Of a DNA stretch of 24,000 nt, positions 8,719 through 15,907 are shown piece by piece; the stretch's first letter is position 1; each line of letters begins with the position of its first letter. Origin of the DNA: Aliiglaciecola sp. 3_MG-2023. GTDB lineage: Bacteria > Pseudomonadota > Gammaproteobacteria > Enterobacterales > Alteromonadaceae. The notes beneath the pieces are model-generated. The model was not told where the DNA came from. It worked only from the letters and a program-made list of their open reading frames with translations, and ran no database searches. The DNA lies in the NCBI RefSeq assembly GCF_030548205.1, contig NZ_JAUORV010000008.1:149792-173791 (forward strand), written 5' to 3'. The position numbers were made by a program, and so were the translations under genes.

Positions 8719-9210
8719 ATGATAGGAAGTCCTCGCAACAAGAATAACAGACTTTGGAGTATGCACTCTCTCAATAATGTGGGGTCAGTTGTTTTTTCAG
8801 GCGCGTTACTTTTTTCATCCTCTGCTTGCTTTTCACAACAAGACTCTTTAGACCTTATAGACTCTCCTTTGACATTAAGTCTCGCTCGTACAGTCAATTC
8901 CGATGCATCGCAAAGCGTGTTAATTATTGACCAATACGGCATACACAACACAACACTTATAATTCAAACAGCCAATTCTTCAAATCATATAAATGTGACA
9001 CAAAATGGTAGTAGCAATTTTGCTGACATCACACAAATTGGTGTAGGAAACTATGTTGATTTGGTGCAAAGCGGTGATGAAAATTTGCTCGAGGTTGTGC
9101 AACAAGGTGATTTTAATTTGGCAAATATAAACCAACAAGGTGAGCAGAGTTTTATTGTTCATCAAATTGGAAACGATATGGTTGTAAACATCACCCAATA
9201 TAAGAAGTAA
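8719..9210 (+). CDS. csgB: Curlin subunit of canonical size, CsgB-like by position (putative nucleator / minor curlin)
   Basis: A strong SD (AAGGAG at 8703-8708) precedes the start and the N-terminus looks like a signal peptide. Nine consecutive ~11-residue strand motifs of the form h-x-h-x-Q-x-G-x-x-N are present (IIDQYGIHN, IIQTANSSN, VTQNGSSN, ITQIGVGN, LVQSGDEN, VVQQGDFN, INQQGEQS, VHQIGNDM, ITQYKK), which is about 4.5 curlin repeats. The gene lies immediately 5' of the large curlin gene. An alternative start at ATG 8761 is possible. Confidence 0.8.
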   Translation: MIGSPRNKNNRLWSMHSLNNVGSVVFSGALLFSSSACFSQQDSLDLIDSPLTLSLARTVNSDASQSVLIIDQYGIHNTTLIIQTANSSNHINVTQNGSSNFADITQIGVGNYVDLVQSGDENLLEVVQQGDFNLANINQQGEQSFIVHQIGNDMVVNITQYKK

Positions 9211-9240
9211 AGCTGTTTACAATGACTCATGGAGAAGAAA

Positions 9241-10704
9241 ATGAAGTTTACAAAAACGACAGTAGCCAGTTCTATTTTGATGGCCTTATTAGCAGGGCAA
9301 GCTAGTATCGCGAATGCACAAACTGCAGTGAAAGATGACAATCCATCCATCCAATCCGATTTCATGATTGATGCTGTAGGTAACGTTATCAATTTAACTC
9401 AATCAGCTCCCACAGGAAATGCGCTGGGTAACGAAGCTATATTGATGCAAGAGGGCGATTATAACGGCCTTGATATCACCATTGTTGGTGATGCAAATAT
9501 GGTTGATGCTGAACAATTAGGTGAGGGTAACCTCATTTATGGGGTCGTCACTGGTGATGAAAATGAAGTAACTTTATATCAAAATGGTATCGAAAATGAT
9601 GCTGAAGTGATAGTTCAGGGTAGTTTTAATGAAGTGGAAATCTCCCAAATGGGAGACGGTGGTCCCTTTGGTTTTATCTTTAATCGTTCCATAAATGATA
9701 TTACTGGTGATGATAATATTTTAATCGTGGATCAGGGGGATGGCGGTAACTGGGCGAATAACTCCATTGATGGTTACGGTAATGAAGTCGAAATTACGCA
9801 AACCGAAGATTGGCATGAATCCTATATTAGCTATCTTGTCGGTGACGGAAATGAAGTTGAAGTGGATCAAGGCGGTTACTACAACATTGCAAGTTTCTCA
9901 GAAATTACAGGCAACGATAACGAAGTAAAACTTGAATCTGACGGTGAATATAACCGAATTTACGGTTATGTATACGGTGATGACAATAGCGTAGACTTTG
10001 AACAGACTGGAGATGATAACTACGCTGAATTAGGCTTATTCGAAGGAAACGACTCAAGCGCGGAAATTACCCAATTTGGTAATTTCAACGAAGCTACTAT
10101 TGATAATCTTAGTGATAATAGTGATTATGAAATAACCCAAATCGGTGATGCTAATTCTGGCTACACAGGATCTATTGGCGGTAACAATGATTTTTCAATT
10201 TTCCAAAATGGTGATCTCAACCTCGCTAGTACAGTGAACTTTGATGGGTTTTATAATCTTGTAACAATTTCCCAAGAAGGAGATGAAAATACACTATTGG
10301 CTGAAGCTGGAGTTGGAGAAGATGGTCCTAGCGGCTACTATGCCGATGATAATATTATCGATGCTGAACAAATAGGTAGTCAAAATGATGCTGTTATCCG
10401 TTTAGGTGGCAATATCGACAGTAATTATAATACCTTGGAAGTTGCACAAGTGGGTGACTTAAACGTGTTGGACTTACTCATCGATGGCTCTGAAAATTCA
10501 GTGGACATCCTACAAGAAGGTAATGATAACTGGATTGTGGGTGACGACGCATATGCAATGACTATTACTGGAGACGGAATGAGCCTATCGATCTCACAAG
10601 TGGGTAACGATAATCTCGTTACCGGCAGTATGAGTGGTGTCGGTGGTAGCATTACCGTTAATCAAGTGGGGGATTATAACGTCGCCACTATTACTCAATT
10701 GTAA
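9241..10704 (+). CDS. csgA: Giant curlin-repeat protein (CsgA-like major amyloid subunit candidate), ~487 aa
   Basis: GGAG at 9231-9234 sits 6 nt before ATG 9241. The ORF-track start at 9229 has no SD. The signal peptide is MKFTKTTVASSILMALLAGQASIANA. About 435 aa of curlin-like strands follow (G-D/N-x-N-x-h-x-h-x-Q-x-G). I count 20 h-x-Q strand motifs alternating with Q-less strands ending in G-D-x-N. Confidence 0.85.
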   Translation: MKFTKTTVASSILMALLAGQASIANAQTAVKDDNPSIQSDFMIDAVGNVINLTQSAPTGNALGNEAILMQEGDYNGLDITIVGDANMVDAEQLGEGNLIYGVVTGDENEVTLYQNGIENDAEVIVQGSFNEVEISQMGDGGPFGFIFNRSINDITGDDNILIVDQGDGGNWANNSIDGYGNEVEITQTEDWHESYISYLVGDGNEVEVDQGGYYNIASFSEITGNDNEVKLESDGEYNRIYGYVYGDDNSVDFEQTGDDNYAELGLFEGNDSSAEITQFGNFNEATIDNLSDNSDYEITQIGDANSGYTGSIGGNNDFSIFQNGDLNLASTVNFDGFYNLVTISQEGDENTLLAEAGVGEDGPSGYYADDNIIDAEQIGSQNDAVIRLGGNIDSNYNTLEVAQVGDLNVLDLLIDGSENSVDILQEGNDNWIVGDDAYAMTITGDGMSLSISQVGNDNLVTGSMSGVGGSITVNQVGDYNVATITQL

Positions 10705-10720
10705 AATTTAGACAAAAAAT

Positions 10721-10748
10721 AGGGGGATTTTTCCCCCTTTTATTTTTT
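10721..10748 (+). terminator. Strong Rho-independent terminator between csgA-like and csgE
   Basis: AGGGGGA-ttt-TCCCCCT is followed by TTTATTTTTT, 17 nt after the csgA-like stop codon. Confidence 0.85.
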
Positions 10749-10769
10749 GCCTGAGTTATGTGTTTACAA

Positions 10770-11207
10770 ATGAAGTTAATAAATAAAAAACAGTTCACAC
10801 CATTGTCTGAGTTAAGTTTTAGGCTAAGTCGTTGGCTGTTAATTATCGGCTTAACTTTGCTCAAACCTAACTTTGCGTTAGCTGATGAGCTGGCGTTAAG
10901 TGGCTTATTACTAGACAACACAATCAGTCGTCAAGGACATGAATTCGCTAGCGAATTTGGTAAATATTGGCGAGACATACCCGATACATTTGGCCAAAAT
11001 GTGCAGATAAAGGAAATTATTGTGCCCCAAGCTGGCACAAAACTAACAGTGCACTTTGCTAACCAAACAATCTACCAAACCTACATGGGGCGCAGACAAA
11101 CCCCAATCAAACAACGAGTTGAAACCGCAGTGGTTCTTTTAATCGATGCTTTGTCACGTTCAGGCATAAGTCAAAATAACCCTGATCTTGCGGATGATGA
11201 ATGGTGA
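10770..11207 (+). CDS. csgE: Curli production assembly/transport component CsgE
   Basis: The protein aligns by eye to E. coli CsgE: GLLLDNTISRQGHEFASEF versus GLLTDHTVSSIGHDFYRAF, and C-terminal DLADDEW versus DLAHDEF. The signal peptide ends in FALA. The start could be ATG 10770 or ATG 10758. Confidence 0.85.
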   Translation: MKLINKKQFTPLSELSFRLSRWLLIIGLTLLKPNFALADELALSGLLLDNTISRQGHEFASEFGKYWRDIPDTFGQNVQIKEIIVPQAGTKLTVHFANQTIYQTYMGRRQTPIKQRVETAVVLLIDALSRSGISQNNPDLADDEW

Positions 11208-11211
11208 AAAT

Positions 11212-11658
11212 ATGCAAAAAAATAAAATAATTAGGTTAACTTTTCTCGTGGGGCTATTTTCCTCACCTATATTAGCAACTGAACTAGTTTACGAACCCAT
11301 TAACCCAAGTTTTGGTGGAAATCCATTGAACGGTAGTTATCTGCTAAGTAAGGCTAATGCACAAAATACCCATAGTGCGTCAAGTAGCGAGCGTACATAC
11401 GCAGAAAGCTTACAAGAATCTTTGGAAAGGGCTTATATTAATAGAATTGTCAGAGAAGTCACTGATTTGGCATTTGGAGAAGTCAGTTATGATGAAAATG
11501 GTGATCCCATTGAAAGTATATTTTCTGAAGATTCCATTTTTGTTAGTGGCGAGTTCCAAGTGGAGTTAGTTACTAGCAATCCAGATAGCATCATAGTTGA
11601 AATTACCAATATAATCACCGATGAGATAACCATCGTTGAAATACCAAGGTTTGGTTAA
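11212..11658 (+). CDS. csgF: Curli production assembly/transport component CsgF
   Basis: The mature N-terminus TELVYEPINPSFGGNPLNGSYLLSKANAQN matches E. coli CsgF [30 protein letters not shown]. The signal peptide is MQKNKIIRLTFLVGLFSSPILA. ATG 11212 lies 4 nt after the csgE stop. The ORF-track TTG at 11188 overlaps csgE and is unlikely. Confidence 0.88.
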   Translation: MQKNKIIRLTFLVGLFSSPILATELVYEPINPSFGGNPLNGSYLLSKANAQNTHSASSSERTYAESLQESLERAYINRIVREVTDLAFGEVSYDENGDPIESIFSEDSIFVSGEFQVELVTSNPDSIIVEITNIITDEITIVEIPRFG

Positions 11659-11659
11659 T

Positions 11660-12436
11660 ATGAAGCACTATGTTGTATTACTAAGCCTATTAATTTCAGG
11701 GTGCAGTTCACTGGGTAATGTTATTCCCCCTGGTACTGAAGAAGCAATAGTCATTGAAGATTCGGCCACGTTAAAAGAACTTAAGAGCTTACCTAAACCT
11801 TTTGGTTCTATCCCTGTTTCGGTTTATGCATTCAGAGATCAGACGGGTCAATACAAACCAAGTAGTGGTGCCAGTTCTTTTAGCACCGCTGTGACGCAAG
11901 GAGCAACATCTATTTTGATGCAAGCTTTAAGTGAAACAGATTGGTTTTTGCCAGTTGAGCGGGAAGGGTTGCAGAATATTCTAACTGAACGAAAGATCGT
12001 TAGAGCGGCACTGCAAGGCGAGAACAATGGGAATGAAAAAACCGAATTACCGCCTTTGACCACAGCAAAGATCATTATCGAAGGAGGCATCATTAGCTAT
12101 GACTCTAATATTAAAACGGGAGGTTTTGGCGCAGAGTATTTTGGTATTAATGCATCGGAGTTATTTAGAGAAGATCAGATCTCTGTGTACATGAGAGCGA
12201 TAGACGTGCGTACAGGACAAGTGTTGGTTTCTGTCTCAACCAGTAAAAAGGTGTTGAGCAAAGAAATTCGGGCAGGTTTATTCCGCTACATAAGCTACAA
12301 ACGACTGGCAGAGATAGAAGCCGGTTATACAACTAACGAGCCTATGTTTACTTGTGTTCAGCAAAGTATCGAAAAAGCGATTTCTGAATTAGTCTTAAAA
12401 GGCATCAATAAAGGGGTATGGAAAGCACGGGCCTAA
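11660..12436 (+). CDS. csgG: Curli secretion channel lipoprotein CsgG
   Basis: A lipobox is present (LLISGC). Similarity to E. coli CsgG is extensive (VSVYAFRDQTGQYKP...FSTAVTQGATS...ERKIVRAA...GGIISYDSNIKTGG...GYTTNEP). ATG 11660 lies 1 nt after the csgF stop. Confidence 0.92.
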   Translation: MKHYVVLLSLLISGCSSLGNVIPPGTEEAIVIEDSATLKELKSLPKPFGSIPVSVYAFRDQTGQYKPSSGASSFSTAVTQGATSILMQALSETDWFLPVEREGLQNILTERKIVRAALQGENNGNEKTELPPLTTAKIIIEGGIISYDSNIKTGGFGAEYFGINASELFREDQISVYMRAIDVRTGQVLVSVSTSKKVLSKEIRAGLFRYISYKRLAEIEAGYTTNEPMFTCVQQSIEKAISELVLKGINKGVWKARA

Positions 12437-12500
12437 ACACTCAGGTTTTTCATGAAAAGTGCCCCACTTGCGCGAAGCTGACAATGGAAACAGCCAAGTA

Positions 12501-13178
12501 TCAGGCTGTTTCTGCTGTCTGTCGTGACCACGTAATAAGCTCCACTCGGTTTCTGCAATCAGTTTTTCTGAAGATACTGTAGATATGGGTTTTCACCGTA
12601 TTAACACTGATGTGCAGTTGGTCCGCTATTTCTTGATTTTGCGCCCCTTGGCTAATGTATTTCACTATGGTTTGTTCGCGTTTGGTTAACGATTGCTGCC
12701 AAAAGCCTGTTTGACTTCGATCGACTATTTCATTGGAAAAGTTGGCATCATTTAACAATTCATTGATGAGTAATTCCAAAGCATTTCTGCGAAACCATTT
12801 TCTGTCCTGCTTTATGGTATTAATGCCTTTTATAACAATCTCTAATTTATCGTTGGCATAAAATATTCCTGCAACGCCTTGTTTAATGGCGGCAATTTCA
12901 AAGTCCAGATTACTAGAAGCATTAAAGAAAATAATTTTGATTAAGTTTTTGTATTTTAAAACCGGTACTTGATGAATTGCATTTTTATTAATTGATTTAC
13001 AATCAACAAATATAACGTCGAAAGATGCAATATAATCAGATTTGGGACAAAAATTTCCAACTTGCAAATCAAAACCACAGGCGTCTACAAGATCGAGAAA
13101 GTGATTTAATTTACAGTGCCGCTTTTTGTGAATATCTTCTTTTTGTGGCGAAATAACAAACGCTCTATTTCCTTGCAT
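12501..13178 (-). CDS. csgD: CsgD-like LuxR/FixJ-family transcriptional regulator (receiver-like N-domain plus C-terminal HTH)
   Basis: The C-terminal LuxR HTH reads LTKREQTIVKYISQGAQNQEIADQLHISVNTVKTHIYSIFRKTDCRNRVELITW, compared with E. coli CsgD LTHREKEILNKLRIGASNNEIARSLFISENTVKTHLYNLFKKIAVKNRTQAVSW. The N-domain has an acidic residue in VIFVDCK, at a position like CsgD D59. The gene is adjacent to csgEFG. Confidence 0.8.
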   Translation of the reverse strand: MQGNRAFVISPQKEDIHKKRHCKLNHFLDLVDACGFDLQVGNFCPKSDYIASFDVIFVDCKSINKNAIHQVPVLKYKNLIKIIFFNASSNLDFEIAAIKQGVAGIFYANDKLEIVIKGINTIKQDRKWFRRNALELLINELLNDANFSNEIVDRSQTGFWQQSLTKREQTIVKYISQGAQNQEIADQLHISVNTVKTHIYSIFRKTDCRNRVELITWSRQTAETA

Positions 13179-13193
13179 AGCTTAGAGTCCTTT

Positions 13194-13207
13194 GAGGGTT
13201 TACCCTC
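13194..13207 (-). promoter_or_regulatory. Small hairpin in the csgD-like 5' leader, immediately 5' of its Shine-Dalgarno
   Basis: The minus-strand RNA would read AAAAA-GAGGG-UAAA-CCCUC-AAAGGA-N9-AUG. On the plus strand the same element is GAGGG-tтта-like stem plus T5, read as GAGGGTTTACCCTCTTTTT, which looks like a terminator. Confidence 0.4.
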
Positions 13208-13914
13208 TTTTTATTATCACACTTTAAGGTAGTGTAACGATTAGAATACATACATGAAGTTATAAGTTCAATCAATTTAAGGTAAAAATTTTATGCTTTA
13301 ATTTGTTTGTTTTTTGTTCGTTTTGATAAGGTGGAATAAACTAAATTAAATTAGTCACTTATACAAAAGTATCAATAATCGGGTGGTTGAATTAGCGGTT
13401 TAAATCATTCTAAAAAAAGATTGTTAGCAATTGAAATCGATAATGTTGACGCGATTCAAACGGCTCGCTCACAATTTACGAAGCTGTTTTCATATTTATT
13501 TAACCGTTTTTATTCAGATTGAGGGCCTTACAAACCTTCAAGTGCAAGGGGCAACTTTCATTTCGTTAACTACAAGGGTAGGTTATAATGTTTATACATG
13601 ATAGCTGACCTAGATATTCCTGCTGGTTATTGCTTGTATGGCAGTTTAGCGTTGGCAATAAACCTCTAAGGTGGTTTAGGTCTTGTACATCTTGTACTGC
13701 ATTTGTGGGTTACCACATATATGCCACCTTAACCCTCGATACAAGACGCTTTATCAAGCTATATCAATAGTTTATAGTGCGGCTGACGGTTTATCGTCAG
13801 GGGGTTGTTTTCAGTTTTAGATCAGGATTATAAATAATAAAATAACTGCACAATTGGCAGTGAATTTATCTCAATACTTAGCTATAAAGCTTACTACATA
13901 AAAAGGCCAGTTTG

Positions 13915-15384
13915 ATGTCAGGATTAGCTCGACAAATATTACCCTCATTACCCAAAGAAGTTCGTTTACCTGAATATAATCTGGAAACAACCACTCGTGG
14001 CATTGTGCATTTAGGACCTGGTGCTTTTCATCGTGCTCATCAAGCTGTCTATACAGATTTAGCGATGTCTGCTTATGGCGGTAATTGGAAAATTGACGGT
14101 GTATCCTTACGCAGTAAAGAGCTAAGAGACCAGTTAGAAACGCAAGATAATCTTTATTCGTTAATGGTGTTGGATGATGCTCCTTATGTTCAAATTGTTG
14201 GTGCATTTAATCAGATATTTGTTTTAGGTGAGCAGCGTCAGCAAGTGATGGAAGCAATGACAGATCCTAATACCCATATTATTTCGTTAACAGTGACAGA
14301 AAAAGGATATTGCCTGAATACGAAAGGGGAGCTTGATTGGCAAAATACTGATATTAAACATGATTTGGCCGCGCCCGATGAGCCGGTTTCAGCAATTGGT
14401 TTGTTAGTGGCGGCTTTAAACATCCGTTTTAAACATGAAAATGCGCAAGTCACTATTATTAGTTGTGACAATGTATCTGGTAATGGGGATAAACTGGCGA
14501 AAGCTGTGTTGACGTTCGCAGCAGAGCTCTCACCTCGTTTAGCCCAATGGATAGAAGAACATATTTGTTTCCCCAATACTATGGTCGACAGTATTACCCC
14601 TGCCACAAATGATGAACTTAGACTAAAAACCCAGCAGGAAATAGGGGTTGAGGACGCCTGGCCTATTCAACGAGAGTCCTTTAGCCAATGGGTCATTGAA
14701 AATAAATTCAGCGGCCCAAGACCTGCTTGGGATAAAGTAGGCGTGACATTTACCGATGATGTGCACAAATACGAAAAAGCAAAACTTCGGGTATTAAATG
14801 GTACTCATTCTACCTTGGCTTATTTGGGGAGCTTATGTGCATTGGAGACAGTTTACTCTGCGATTAGTCTAGAACCAATTGAGCAGTTTATTAAAAAACT
14901 ACTGGGCCAGGAAATCGTCCCGTCAATCGGACAGTCAGATAGCATGGATTTGGAACAGTACGCGGAAGATATTATACATCGCTATCACAATGAACACATA
15001 CGTCATCTGTTGGCTCAAATAGCATGGGATGGTTCTCAAAAGCTACCATTTCGTATACTCAATCCGATTCGGGATAATATGCAAAACCAACGCAGCTTCG
15101 AACTGCTTTGCGTGCCGGTGGCTGCTTGGTGTTTGTTTGTTGGTAAACGCTATTTGGCACAACAGGAGTTAGTTGACCCTTTAGCTAACACCTTATTGGA
15201 ACTAGCTGAAAAACACGCTGAGGATCCATTGCAACTAGCCGATGCAATACTCGATTTAACCATTATTTTTGATGATTTAGCGACCAACGAGGAATTTAGA
15301 CGCATAGTTAAACGTCATGTCTCGACTTTGTCCACAATCAATCAGCAAAACTTGACTGAGACTCTAAGTCGCTTAGAAGGGTAA
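13915..15384 (+). CDS. Mannitol dehydrogenase family oxidoreductase (fructuronate reductase / mannitol 2-dehydrogenase-like, long-chain)
   Basis: The protein aligns by eye to E. coli UxuB: IVHLGPGAFHRAHQAVYT, SLTVTEKGYC, SCDNVSGNG, FPNTMVDSITPAT, KLRVLNGTHSTLAYLG, WDGSQKLPFRIL. ATG 13915 has an AAAGG SD 8 nt upstream. The ORF-track start is the TTG one codon earlier. Confidence 0.85.
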   Translation: MSGLARQILPSLPKEVRLPEYNLETTTRGIVHLGPGAFHRAHQAVYTDLAMSAYGGNWKIDGVSLRSKELRDQLETQDNLYSLMVLDDAPYVQIVGAFNQIFVLGEQRQQVMEAMTDPNTHIISLTVTEKGYCLNTKGELDWQNTDIKHDLAAPDEPVSAIGLLVAALNIRFKHENAQVTIISCDNVSGNGDKLAKAVLTFAAELSPRLAQWIEEHICFPNTMVDSITPATNDELRLKTQQEIGVEDAWPIQRESFSQWVIENKFSGPRPAWDKVGVTFTDDVHKYEKAKLRVLNGTHSTLAYLGSLCALETVYSAISLEPIEQFIKKLLGQEIVPSIGQSDSMDLEQYAEDIIHRYHNEHIRHLLAQIAWDGSQKLPFRILNPIRDNMQNQRSFELLCVPVAAWCLFVGKRYLAQQELVDPLANTLLELAEKHAEDPLQLADAILDLTIIFDDLATNEEFRRIVKRHVSTLSTINQQNLTETLSRLEG

Positions 15385-15571
15385 CTAGTATCTGTTGTTA
15401 CCTGCTCAGTTAGGTGAATAAGGATTGTGATTTGAGCGCTTAAGCATATGACGAGGGCTAACTCACAGTATAAATTATGAAAAGGTAGACGGATACATTG
15501 ATTTTCCCCAAACTCAGGGAATTTAAAGGCGTTGAACATTGTTATCTGTGCAATGCTTTGTATTCTTTACC

Positions 15572-15600
15572 TTGCAACTCAGTGCTGACGTACGTATACT
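15572..15600 (+). promoter_or_regulatory. Candidate sigma70 promoter driving the rimP-nusA-infB leader
   Basis: TTGCAA (15572-15577), an exact 17-nt spacer, then TATACT (15595-15600). No convincing promoter is visible between the downstream terminator and rimP. Confidence 0.55.
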
Positions 15601-15833
15601 ATGCGCATCTTTTGAGACGGGCTCCCTCTGAATTGGATAGTAACGTCTCGATTAGTTGGTTTAACTGACTAAGAAACTGCAAGAAAAGACACTGATTTTT
15701 CCAGAATTACCTTATTAGGTGAGTCGATTCTTGCGACCACTTATTCGACGGTCCGCACAACTTCTGTTTCGCGTTTCGCACTCAGTTTGTTAGGCAGCCA
15801 TAAGAGTTGAATTGTGGGTTAGGGTCCAGAAAC

Positions 15834-15868
15834 AAAAAGCCCCGCTTGTACGGGGCTTTTTGTTGTTA
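15834..15868 (+). terminator. Strong intrinsic terminator inside the rimP leader (possible attenuator)
   Basis: AAAAAGCCCCG-cttgta-CGGGGCTTTTT is followed by GTTGTT. It lies 58 nt upstream of the rimP start. It is symmetric, so it could act in both directions. Confidence 0.85.
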
Positions 15869-15887
15869 TTATTGGTTTACTATATCT

Positions 15888-15907
15888 GGGCTTTTCGCCC
15901 TTTTTTT
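15888..15907 (+). terminator. Second, weaker terminator-like hairpin directly before the rimP SD
   Basis: GGGC-ttttc-GCCC is followed by T7, and the rimP GGAG SD starts 7 nt later. The stem is only 4 bp. Confidence 0.35.

Noticed and set aside
8607-8951. Minus-strand 114-aa ORF overlapping the csgB-like start and its SD
   Set aside because: It has no recognisable domain. It overlaps a well-supported curlin gene and its promoter region, so it is probably a chance ORF in AT-rich DNA.
2129-10652. Other short ORFs nested in or antisense to the called CDSs, at 2129..2323, 4218..4625, 5268..5468, 5815..6141, 6918..7130, 7477..7783, 8034..8300, 8980..9392, 9740..9928 and 10425..10652
   Set aside because: Each is nested inside, or antisense to, a CDS with strong homology-type evidence. 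The peptides have no motifs and skewed, shadow-like composition.
10705-10769. Possible csgC/csgH-like small gene after the csgA-like gene
   Set aside because: The gap is only about 53-65 bp and is filled by the terminator hairpin, so no ORF fits.
13223-13284. 9-bp direct repeat TTTAAGGTA (13223-13231 and 13276-13284) near the csgD-like start
   Set aside because: A single 9-mer repeat is expected by chance about once in ~730 bp of AT-rich DNA, so it is not significant on its own.
13443-13604. 53-codon plus-strand ORF (MLTRFKRLAHNLRS...) in the csgD upstream region
   Set aside because: It has no Shine-Dalgarno and no recognisable features, and it ends inside the candidate TATAAT box. I treat it as non-coding unless ribosome profiling says otherwise.
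13871-14206. Minus-strand 111-aa ORF, and likewise 14238..14606 and 15342..15539
   Set aside because: They are antisense to, or overlap, the strongly supported mannitol-dehydrogenase-family CDS. They show no motifs and no SD.
3-15384. Functional link between the polyol-type binding domain (3-1904) and the mannitol-dehydrogenase-family gene (13915-15384)
   Set aside because: The two genes are 12 kb apart and separated by unrelated genes and the curli locus. No transporter or kinase genes connect them, so the shared theme is probably coincidental.
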